A DNA stretch of 64,000 nucleotides from positions 539,346-603,345 of the forward strand of contig JBFXJL010000001.1 in the NCBI GenBank assembly GCA_050174915.1, written 5' to 3'. Shown in pieces: positions 1 to 7,990 of the stretch (positions are counted from its first letter, which is position 1; each line of letters opens with the position of its first letter). Under the pieces are notes generated by a model, which had not been told where the DNA came from, did no database searches, and saw only the letters and a program-made list of their open reading frames with translations. The position numbers and the translations under genes were made by a program. This DNA is from Elusimicrobiales bacterium. Its GTDB lineage: Bacteria; Elusimicrobiota; Elusimicrobia; Elusimicrobiales; UBA9959.

Positions 1-441
1 CACGAACATATCTTTCACGGAACCGCCCCAAAAGACGAGGATAGATGAGGCCCGGCCAGTAGAACAAAGCACTGCCCAATCTTGCTGACCTTTCCTGGAA
101 AACTCTCCATGAATGACATTGTGCGGCTTGGTGCTTGTGAATGTCTGGGGAACAGAGCATTGGCGTTTTGAGAGCTCGTCCCTTACCGCGTCCGGCAACT
201 CCGAGAAAGATGCCGGAGAAAGGCGCCGCACCTTAGCGTCGGCTTCATCCCAGATATCAGGACCTTGCTCGTAAGTAACAAGCGTTCTATCGGCCTTGCC
301 GATCGCATCGCCTGTCCCCTCCGGGATTGAAGACTGCGCCCGGGCCGCACTCTCCGGCGCGGTAGTAGCGAGCCGATAATAGACAAAAACCGCTGCCCCC
401 ATTACCATCGCAAGAGCGGTTGTCACCAATAAACGCCGCAT
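1..441 (-). CDS. hypothetical membrane-anchored protein (3' end beyond left window edge)
   Basis: Not in the supplied ORF track because it runs off the edge. ATG at 439-441 (rc) with GGAGGG 8 nt upstream. 147 stop-free codons reach position 1. N-terminus MRRLLVTTALAMVMGAAVFVYY is a TM or signal anchor. No recognisable family. Confidence 0.55.
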   Translation of the reverse strand, partial: MRRLLVTTALAMVMGAAVFVYYRLATTAPESAARAQSSIPEGTGDAIGKADRTLVTYEQGPDIWDEADAKVRRLSPASFSELPDAVRDELSKRQCSVPQTFTSTKPHNVIHGEFSRKGQQDWAVLCSTGRASSILVFWGGSVKDMFV

Positions 442-504
442 GTTATTCGCCCTCCGTCCCCGCGCCCGGCGGTCCCTGTACCCCGCCCCGCAAGCAGGGA
501 TAAT

Positions 505-2100
505 TTAATCCGCGCTGGTCAGTTGGTATTTCCCCTCTTTATTCAAGCGCGGCCCCCAAAAGGCGAGCTCCCCGTCCGCGCTCAATGTGTAGATCCCGTC
601 CTCCGTCCCGATAAAAAGAGAATCCCCCACCCTCCGGACGACGTTTATCACCGCCGGGACATCGTAAACGGCGATCTCGCCAGAAGAGATGTTGTAAGCC
701 GCCAGGCCGCCTGATCCCGGAGCCCCTTCGGCCCGGCCTATCAGCCCCATCCACACTTTCCCCTTCTCCGCCATGAGCGTAGAGCAACCCCAGTTGCTGG
801 TTTTGGAGGAATAAAGGATCTCGTATTTGCGCTCTTTCATGTCGAAGTAACCGATCCCGCCCAGGCCCGTATAGCCTTCGCTGCCGTAAAAATCCGGGCA
901 AAGCCAGATGCGCCCGTCCAACGCCTGGAAAGAACCCAATCCATTATTCATCTTGAAATCTTGGTCACCCGGCCGGAAGCGGGCCAACGTGGCTTTATCC
1001 GGGGACGGCATCGGGTAGAAGCGGCATTTACCGGCTTCAATCTCAAAAACACCGTGCGCGTTCCTTGGTGCGTTCCAGGCCAAGAAGCGGTGCAGCGAAG
1101 GGCTGGACAGTTCCACTATATGCGAAAGCAGTTCCCCCCGCTCGAAAACGCCGTCGTATCTGTCCGGCAGCCACGACTCCCTGCCCGTGGAATCGGTCTC
1201 GCATTTTCCGGAGTACCCCACCCGCCAGGCATCCCCGTTCTCGTATCTCTGCCTCTCGCATTTATCGTAACCTTCCATATACGCCGTCGAGGAGATAGCC
1301 GTAAGCTTTTCGAAAGGGATATCCGCGCAGGGGTTGGCCGCACGGAAATACTTCTCGCTGGTTTTTCTGATCGCGGCCCAGCTTTTTCCGTTAAAGACGT
1401 ATATCGCGTCCAGGGAATACATCCGCAGGAGACCGCCTTCGCCTTTGGCTAGGACCACCGGCGATATTTTGGTCGCGCCTATCTCTGTAAGCACCTCGGC
1501 CTTCTGGGACTCTATCTGGCCGCCCTTCAACGGCGTCCTGATAATCATTCCCTCTTTGTCCACGGCGCCGCCGAAGAAGAGGTCCTGCCCTGAAGGTTCT
1601 ATTGCACTGACATTCATTTTTTTCGACGGGTATTTCGTCGCGGGAGAATCCGCGGACAGGTCGAAGAAATAAGTGTCTCTGGCAATGTCCATCCCGTACA
1701 TGTCACCCTGGAGCACCGTAATAAAGTCCCTCCCGGAGTCAGCCAGAGTGACGGTCTCCGCGTCGCTGCGGAGAACTACTATGGGCTTCACCAAAGTGTT
1801 GGAAGAAGTGTTCACCAGGAAAAAGCCGTAAAGCATGCTCGTCCAGCCGATTTCGCTGTTCTGCGCCATCACGTCCGCCACGGCATGATCGCGCGAAACA
1901 GGACGAAGCCCGCGCTGCCAGAACCAGGTCAGCTCCGGGTGCTCCTGCTTAAGGAACGAGGTTATGCCGTAAGCGTTGGCCGTCGTTATCTCGACTGAAT
2001 CCGGCCGCCCCGTAGCGGCAGATAAGAACACCGCGCAGAGCAGTAACCAGGCACGCGTCCAGCCGAGATGAATATTCTGAGATAGAGAGTGAAAGTTCAT
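505..2100 (-). CDS. hypothetical exported protein (shares a domain with the neighbour at 2126-3643)
   Basis: ORF 505..2253. I move the start to the internal ATG at 2100, which gives MNFHSLSQNIHLGWTRAWLLLCAVFLSAATG, a signal-peptide-like N-terminus. The C-terminal segment FYGSEGYTGLGGIGYFDMKERKYEILY resembles FYSGEGFNGIGGVVFFDVSAQKFGVF in the next gene. Confidence 0.7.
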   Translation of the reverse strand: MNFHSLSQNIHLGWTRAWLLLCAVFLSAATGRPDSVEITTANAYGITSFLKQEHPELTWFWQRGLRPVSRDHAVADVMAQNSEIGWTSMLYGFFLVNTSSNTLVKPIVVLRSDAETVTLADSGRDFITVLQGDMYGMDIARDTYFFDLSADSPATKYPSKKMNVSAIEPSGQDLFFGGAVDKEGMIIRTPLKGGQIESQKAEVLTEIGATKISPVVLAKGEGGLLRMYSLDAIYVFNGKSWAAIRKTSEKYFRAANPCADIPFEKLTAISSTAYMEGYDKCERQRYENGDAWRVGYSGKCETDSTGRESWLPDRYDGVFERGELLSHIVELSSPSLHRFLAWNAPRNAHGVFEIEAGKCRFYPMPSPDKATLARFRPGDQDFKMNNGLGSFQALDGRIWLCPDFYGSEGYTGLGGIGYFDMKERKYEILYSSKTSNWGCSTLMAEKGKVWMGLIGRAEGAPGSGGLAAYNISSGEIAVYDVPAVINVVRRVGDSLFIGTEDGIYTLSADGELAFWGPRLNKEGKYQLTSAD

Positions 2101-2125
2101 TTGAGGCGTTTTTCTCGTCTGCCCA

Positions 2126-3643
2126 CTAATGGTTGCCGGATGATTCCGGGAGCAACTCACAAGTCCACGCATCAATATCAACCGCGTAGCGGCGTGTAAC
2201 CACTTGGTCGCCGTATGTATCGCCGCTGAAAGTAACCACCACCTCGTTTTCACCTTCTCCGGCTACGCAGTGCCCGCTGTAGTCGCGCCACCGGCGCGTT
2301 GGAACGTCAGCCAACTTCAGTATCTTTGCCGGTCGCATGCCAGAGAGGACGAAGCAGCCGACCCTGCTGTGCTTGGCATTCTCATCGAAGGACAGGCGGG
2401 AGTCATAATCCGTATGCGCCGGGTCCTGGGCGAGAGCGCATATGCAGTAATGTTTTTTCGCGTTTTCTTTGCCGGAAAGTTCGATGGCCGCGGGCCGCAA
2501 AGTCGTTATTTCGGTAAGCCATCCGTAGACCTTCATGAACTCTTTTTTCGCCAATCTGGAAAAGACATCGGCGGCTTCCTTCTCATTGATATCCCCAGTC
2601 CCAGCATCTTCAGCCTCTTCCGGCTCCGCCCGCAACGTCTCGTTGGCAGCTCTGCTGTTATCTATCCACATATGGTCGCTGCGGACATCCTTTGGCCTGG
2701 CGGCTTCGGCGGTCGCTCCGGCCTCTGCCTCCTCTCTTGCCGTGCGGAGCATATAGGGAAAAAGTCCTTCAGCCAGGATCTTCTCGCGTTCGGGATCGCT
2801 CCAGTTCGGCGCGTCTTTCTTTTCAAAGCCTGCTTCCCCGGAGAGAACTTTCTCCAAAGGGGCATTATATTTATCACCGAGCAGTATTGCCCCGGGGGCC
2901 GGGTCAGCATCGCGTATCACCTGGCTTTCCTTCGGAATATAAGAGACCGCTTTCAGCGTCTTCAGGTCTATCACGACGACGCCATTGCAGACAGTGGCCC
3001 CTCCTTCCCCTTGCCATGAGGTGCGTACCACAAGGCGCTCATCGCTTACGGCTAAGGCGCCGGCGGAGCAGTCCACCAGCGCCGGATGCCGGAACACTCC
3101 GAATTTCTGCGCACTCACATCAAAAAACACTACGCCGCCAATACCGTTGAATCCTTCTCCGCTATAGAAAGAATTACCAGCCCAGATTCCGTGCGCGCTC
3201 CCGGTGGACTGGCCTATCTCCGTTTCATATGACCACATCTTCGTTTTAGGCCTGTATTTCTTAAAGAGCGATCCGTCCGGGACCGGAAACTCGGCAATCT
3301 TATTCCAGTTGCCGCCTTCACCCTCGCTAAAACCGTAAATATCTTTTCCAAGAACAAGAAAAGACGTTGTTCCGACTTTCACTTCCGTGACCCCGTACGT
3401 TTGAGGGGTTATTGATGGAGTATCGTTAGTAGAAGGACGTTCATAATCCGGAGGCGGATATGCGGCCATCAGAGTCTTGCCGGGCTCGTTTATTGCTTCG
3501 GCAACTCCCTTTGAAACAGAAGAATGCGCTTCGGCAGCCGCCTCGCTGCCGGGCGCCACGGCCACGGGGCGATAAAGAACAAAAATAACCGCCCCAAGAA
3601 GAAAGGCAGCGGCAGCTATCTTCAAAGCCGTAAACTTGTTCAT
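2126..3643 (-). CDS. hypothetical membrane-anchored/exported protein (partial paralog of 505-2100)
   Basis: 505-aa ORF. The N-terminus MNKFTALKIAAAAFLLGAVIFVLY is a hydrophobic anchor. It shares a Gly-rich motif block with the downstream gene. No recognisable catalytic motifs. Confidence 0.7.
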   Translation of the reverse strand: MNKFTALKIAAAAFLLGAVIFVLYRPVAVAPGSEAAAEAHSSVSKGVAEAINEPGKTLMAAYPPPDYERPSTNDTPSITPQTYGVTEVKVGTTSFLVLGKDIYGFSEGEGGNWNKIAEFPVPDGSLFKKYRPKTKMWSYETEIGQSTGSAHGIWAGNSFYSGEGFNGIGGVVFFDVSAQKFGVFRHPALVDCSAGALAVSDERLVVRTSWQGEGGATVCNGVVVIDLKTLKAVSYIPKESQVIRDADPAPGAILLGDKYNAPLEKVLSGEAGFEKKDAPNWSDPEREKILAEGLFPYMLRTAREEAEAGATAEAARPKDVRSDHMWIDNSRAANETLRAEPEEAEDAGTGDINEKEAADVFSRLAKKEFMKVYGWLTEITTLRPAAIELSGKENAKKHYCICALAQDPAHTDYDSRLSFDENAKHSRVGCFVLSGMRPAKILKLADVPTRRWRDYSGHCVAGEGENEVVVTFSGDTYGDQVVTRRYAVDIDAWTCELLPESSGNH

Positions 3644-3978
3644 TTTTTGCAGGTTACCCTAGGGCAAAGGATATAACTTCGGCAGTATAGTGTCAACGCA
3701 TGGCGGAATGCAGAATCCCTAGATGTTTTTGCAGACACCAACGGCACTATCCCGGGCGGGTCATTCCGCCGTATTTGCGGTTTCCCTTGTGTTGAAGAAT
3801 GACTACCAATTCGCGAAGCTGCAGTTGAGCGCACTATAAGGCAGTAATCAGTCCCGCTGGAGTTACGGGTTATATCGTCCGTGTCTTCGCCAGGTGTTTG
3901 CTTAAGTGAAAGCAACCCGCGATACTCGAACAGTTAGCTGCTGACCTGAAAGGATGGCTGCTGGACTGCCCTATCCGC

Positions 3979-5886
3979 CTACTCTCCCTTCCCAAATGAA
4001 TCAACCGCGTAAGAGAGCAAAGGGTCTTCGACCCTGTATTTCGCCAGCACTTCAACTGTCGCCGGCAGATCCGGTAAAACGCCGTGCTCATCGTCTCCAG
4101 GTTTCTGCATCGGGCTAAGAAACTTCTTATCCGAAACTCCGAACATAATACCGCTGTTTCGGAGAGTCAGTTGCAGCATCTCTCCGAAACAACTGGGTAG
4201 TCCGCCAGTTTCGTACCCTGCGATACGCCCCATTCCGAAATCCCTGAACATTACCGCAAAACCTGACGCCGATGAAAAGGTGTAGTTATCGGTAAGGAGA
4301 ATAGCCTTACCTTCATAAAAAGCCTCAGGTTTCTCCTGTTTCTCCTCTTGGATGCGTCTGGTAACCAACACCCCCTTCAGGGCTTTAGCGTCCTCGCCCA
4401 TTTCCGAGCCCCATTTCTCGATATACTGCGGCGACATCTTTAATTGCAGCATCGAAATCCCGCGCACCGGCTTCTCGGTCAAATATTTCGCAATATAGTC
4501 GGCCATGCCAGAATGTCCGCCGCTATTGCCACGTATATCTATGATAAGACGCTTTGCCCCTCTGGCCTTTACTTCCCGAAAAATTCCGTCCACTCTGGTC
4601 CGCTCGGCTTCCGTATACTTGAAGCTGGGATAACGGAAATAAGCCACGCCCCCCGCCAAGAACTTCAGGGAGGTCTCCTCCTTTTTTTGCGGAATAGCCA
4701 AGCTACTGAAGGCTTCGTAATCTATAGTGGCAAGACTTAGTTTTTCGGGGCGCCCGTTCTTATCGGAGAACTCGACAGTTAATCTCGGCGAGCCATCCAA
4801 CAGCCCAGTGAATGCCCACCAGAACGGCTGTTCGCGGGTGAACTTCGCCGCTTTAAAATGGAATAGCTCTCCGGAACATCTGTCGAAAACCGGCTTAAGG
4901 AACTCCTCAGGGCGCTTGCCCGCCATCGAAACCAGATGCTTGCCAACCAACCCCTTGTCACGAGCATCGGACACAATAAACTCTCCGTTCCTATAATCCA
5001 ACAGGAACGGCGGATACCGCGCCACCACCCAGTCGCGCCGTGGCAGGGCACTGTAGTGGATAGAGGTATGACCATCCCCGAAGGCTGCAGCAGCAAAATA
5101 CAACGTATAGGCCAGGTCCCGAACCGAGATACGCCCCCCTTTGGCGGCCTTTGTCTTGGCTATGATCTCTGACTTTATTCGGGACTTCAATTCCAGGTAA
5201 TCTCTTTCCTTAATTTTATACAGCAGGTCAGGGTGGACCTGTTCTGCGTCTGAGAAGAACTGATTAATGTCTTCCTCCGCATCTTCTTCGCTGAGCCCCT
5301 CAGCGCCGTACTTGAAATCCTTATCGTAAAAACCTTCGCGAGCAGTTTCCGAACCAAGAAACACATAATAAGACGCATCACCGGTCCGGACCTTGCCTGC
5401 AAGCAATGCCGCATTGCGGTTCATAGCACAAACAAGCACTTGCCCGCCGGAAGGCTGGTTACTTGCCAGAAAATAAAGGCGTATGTCGTTTCCTCCATAG
5501 GAAACGCCATCGATCTTAATGCTGCTGGGGGTGAAGCTAAGCGAAGGCTTAATCAATGCATTGTACAGACGTGAAACTGGTCCGGGAACCGTGTAAAGAA
5601 AATATTGACCCGTAAGTTTCTGTTTAAGAACCTCGGCGGAAACAGATCCAGCATCTATCAGTTCGGACTTGGGAAAGGCCGCGTCCCTGATCTGGCGCAC
5701 ATAGTCCACAGCTTTCTGCCTGTCTTCGTCATCAGGGAACTCGTAGACTATCGGTATTTCTGGATTACTGTCACGGAATTGCTCAATGGACAAGGACTTA
5801 GCGTCGGCCACATGGACCAAGCACAAGAGCGCCATAAAGAAGAAAGATACTCTTTTTGTTATAAGACCTGTTAAAGCGATTACCAT
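3979..5886 (-). CDS. S41-family serine peptidase (C-terminal-processing/tail-specific protease-like), exported
   Basis: ORF 3979..6012. The start is moved to ATG 5886, giving MVIALTGLITKRVSFFFMALLCLVHVADA (signal peptide). The S41 signature block RLIIDIRGNSGGHSG is present, with ILLTDNYTFSSASGFAVMF downstream (Ser nucleophile region). Confidence 0.75.
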   Translation of the reverse strand: MVIALTGLITKRVSFFFMALLCLVHVADAKSLSIEQFRDSNPEIPIVYEFPDDEDRQKAVDYVRQIRDAAFPKSELIDAGSVSAEVLKQKLTGQYFLYTVPGPVSRLYNALIKPSLSFTPSSIKIDGVSYGGNDIRLYFLASNQPSGGQVLVCAMNRNAALLAGKVRTGDASYYVFLGSETAREGFYDKDFKYGAEGLSEEDAEEDINQFFSDAEQVHPDLLYKIKERDYLELKSRIKSEIIAKTKAAKGGRISVRDLAYTLYFAAAAFGDGHTSIHYSALPRRDWVVARYPPFLLDYRNGEFIVSDARDKGLVGKHLVSMAGKRPEEFLKPVFDRCSGELFHFKAAKFTREQPFWWAFTGLLDGSPRLTVEFSDKNGRPEKLSLATIDYEAFSSLAIPQKKEETSLKFLAGGVAYFRYPSFKYTEAERTRVDGIFREVKARGAKRLIIDIRGNSGGHSGMADYIAKYLTEKPVRGISMLQLKMSPQYIEKWGSEMGEDAKALKGVLVTRRIQEEKQEKPEAFYEGKAILLTDNYTFSSASGFAVMFRDFGMGRIAGYETGGLPSCFGEMLQLTLRNSGIMFGVSDKKFLSPMQKPGDDEHGVLPDLPATVEVLAKYRVEDPLLSYAVDSFGKGE

Positions 5887-6193
5887 GAATAGTTGCCTTG
5901 CGGATAGGAGCTGGTCGGCATCTCCCTCATATTCATAACTTCTGTATTCTACAAAATGAAACAGCCCCCTTTCGGAGGCTGTCTGACCTTGAGTATGACC
6001 TTCCACCTGCAATTCAGACCAGCTGAAATAGGTAAAATCACCTAACAGACGAGCCCGACAACAGTGTGTCGCGATGGAAAGTGCTCAAAACGGCCTAAAA
6101 ATGCGTTTTAAGCCTGTTCTGATGGGTATGGAAGGCCAGCACCCCTACCCGGGTCCGTTAGCCTGGCTAACGACAAAATATGCGGACGGATTT

Positions 6194-6251
6194 TTGGGTG
6201 GCCAAGTTGGTGGCTAATTTGGTGGCTAAATTGGGCAAAATTGGGCAAAAA
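6194..6251. repeat. tandem 10-13-nt TTGG-initiated repeats: TTGGGTGGCCAAG / TTGGTGGCTAAT / TTGGTGGCTAAA / TTGGGCAAAA / TTGGGCAAAAA
   Basis: Read directly from the sequence. Five consecutive units are phased at about one helical turn, in the non-coding stretch between the S41 peptidase gene and the tRNA-Thr fragment. Confidence 0.85.
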
Positions 6252-6382
6252 TGCCATTAAACGATAGTAATGATTTTTAGGCAAAAACAAAGCACAACAA
6301 AACGAGTCTTCTCATGGGAGACTCTAGGCCGTGTGTGGTGGCCTGTTTAGGTCATTTTTTTGGGGTTTTCGGAAGGCTCTTA

Positions 6383-6425
6383 TTCGCTTACGAAGCGAAT
6401 GCTCTACCAATTGAGCTACCTCGGC
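6383..6425 (-). pseudogene. truncated tRNA-Thr(CGT): 5' 43 nt only (acceptor 5' strand, D arm, anticodon arm)
   Basis: The minus strand reads GCCGAGG TA GCTC AATTGGTA GAGC A TTCGC TTCGTAA GCGAA. The following sequence, TAAGAGCCTTCCGAAAACCCCAAAAAAATGACC, has no T arm and no CCTCGGC acceptor 3' strand. Confidence 0.7.
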
Positions 6426-6454
6426 AACGCTACAATTATAAATAATTTTAAGTG

Positions 6455-6494
6455 GAAAACAAAGCCCCCGCCCGCCTCAGTGGCGGCCGGGGGC
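6455..6494 (-). terminator. intrinsic terminator downstream of the AGCS symporter gene
   Basis: The minus strand reads GCCCCCGGCCGCC ACTGA GGCGGGCGGGGGC (one mismatch) followed by TTTGTTTTCC. Confidence 0.6.
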
Positions 6495-6527
6495 GCTCTT
6501 GCGGGGTCGGCCCGGAGCGGCTGGCGG

Positions 6528-7949
6528 TCAGTCCGCTACTTTGGGACTGGCTTTTACGCGGTACTGCATCCGGCCGGAGAAGTAGTCTTTGGTGAGCTTG
6601 GCCACCGTGCCGGACAGGAAGGCCAGGCCTATGAGGTTGGGCAGGGCCATGAAGCCGTTGAGGAAAGTGCCCACAGCCCAGACCATGGGGACCGAGATCA
6701 GCGACCCCACCATGATGAGCGCCGTGAAGACTACGCGGTAGGTCTTCACGCGGGAGGAGCCGAAAACGTACTCGAAGCACTTCTCGCCGTAATAGCACCA
6801 GCCTATCAGCGTGGAAAAACCGAACAGGAAGCTCGACACGGCCACGATGGCCGCCGCGAAAGGGATGCTGGTACCCAGCGCCGCCGCCGTCAGGTCGCCG
6901 CTGGCCCCCTGGAAACGGGCCTCGGTCCACAGCCCCGAGCTGAGGATGATGAAGGCCGTCATGGAGCAGACCACGATGGTATCGAGGAACACCTCGAACA
7001 CGCCCACCACGCCCTGCTCCACCGGGTGCTTGACGTTGGCTATGCCGTGGGCGATGGGAGAACTGCCCAGGCCCGCCTCGTTGGAGAGCACGCCGCGGCT
7101 GACGCCGATCTGTATGGCCCTGGCCACCGAGGCCCCGGCGAAGCCGCCCGCCGCCGCCGCCGGGGTGAAGGCGTCGGTGAAGATCATGGCGAACACGTGC
7201 GGGATAGTGGCGAAGTTGAGGCCGATGTAGAGGAGGGCCGCGAACATGTAGAGCAGTATCATGAACGGCACGATGCGCTCGGCGGTATGGGCTATGCGCT
7301 TGATGCCGCCCAGCAGCACCAGGCCCACGGCCACGGTGATGCCTACGCCCGGCACCCACAGGGGCAGCTGCACGCCGAAGATCACGTCGCAGGCCGACAC
7401 GAAAGTGCGCGCCACGGTGTTGGACTGCGCCATGTTGCCGGTGCCCAGCAGGGCCGCGCAGGTGCCGAAGAAGGCGAAGGCCAGGGCGAGCGCGCGGCCG
7501 GCCCTGGCGTCGGGCAGGCTGCGCTCGATGTAGTACATCGGGCCGCTGGCCAGGTCGCCGGACTCGCGGCGCACGCGGAAATGCACGCCGAGCACGGCCT
7601 CGGCGAACTTGGTGGCCATGCCCACGGTGGCGCACATCCACATCCAGAAGACGGCGCCGGGGCCGCCTATCAGGATGGCGGTGGCCACGCCGCCGATATT
7701 GCCGTTGCCCACCGTGGCCGCCAGCGCCGTCGAGAGGGCCTGGAACGGCGTTATGGTGCCGCCCGAGGGGTCTTTCTTGCCGAAAGCGCCGCGCAGCGAA
7801 AACCGCACGGCCGTCGGAAAGTGCCGGAGCTGTACCAGGCCGGTGCGCACGGTCAGCCAGCCGCCCACTACCAGCAGCAGCAAAGGCATCAGCATGGGCT
7901 GCCAGACCCAGGCGTCCATGGACTCTATTATTGCGGTGAGGTTTTCCAT
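6528..7949 (-). CDS. alanine/glycine:cation symporter (AGCS family)
   Basis: ORF 6528..8096. The start is moved to ATG 7949 (MENLTAIIESMDAWVW), which has AGGGGAAG upstream. The sequence shows the AGCS-typical N-terminal block ITPFQALSTALAATVGNGNIGGVATAILIGGPGAVFWMW and is polytopic. Confidence 0.85.
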   Translation of the reverse strand: MENLTAIIESMDAWVWQPMLMPLLLLVVGGWLTVRTGLVQLRHFPTAVRFSLRGAFGKKDPSGGTITPFQALSTALAATVGNGNIGGVATAILIGGPGAVFWMWMCATVGMATKFAEAVLGVHFRVRRESGDLASGPMYYIERSLPDARAGRALALAFAFFGTCAALLGTGNMAQSNTVARTFVSACDVIFGVQLPLWVPGVGITVAVGLVLLGGIKRIAHTAERIVPFMILLYMFAALLYIGLNFATIPHVFAMIFTDAFTPAAAAGGFAGASVARAIQIGVSRGVLSNEAGLGSSPIAHGIANVKHPVEQGVVGVFEVFLDTIVVCSMTAFIILSSGLWTEARFQGASGDLTAAALGTSIPFAAAIVAVSSFLFGFSTLIGWCYYGEKCFEYVFGSSRVKTYRVVFTALIMVGSLISVPMVWAVGTFLNGFMALPNLIGLAFLSGTVAKLTKDYFSGRMQYRVKASPKVAD

Positions 7950-7990
7950 TTTTCTTCCCCTAAAGGTTACGGAACTCCGGCGAGCCGCCG

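Noticed and set aside
183-386. 67-aa minus-strand ORF from the track
   Set aside because: It lies in a different frame inside the longer edge-truncated ORF 1..441, which has an SD sequence and a TM anchor. The 67-aa product is Arg-rich and featureless.
6194-6251. Short tandem repeats here and at 18734-18785 and 20833-20869, considered as a possible CRISPR array
   Set aside because: The units are 8-13 nt and contiguous or irregularly spaced. There are no 25-40-nt repeats alternating with unique spacers and no cas genes.
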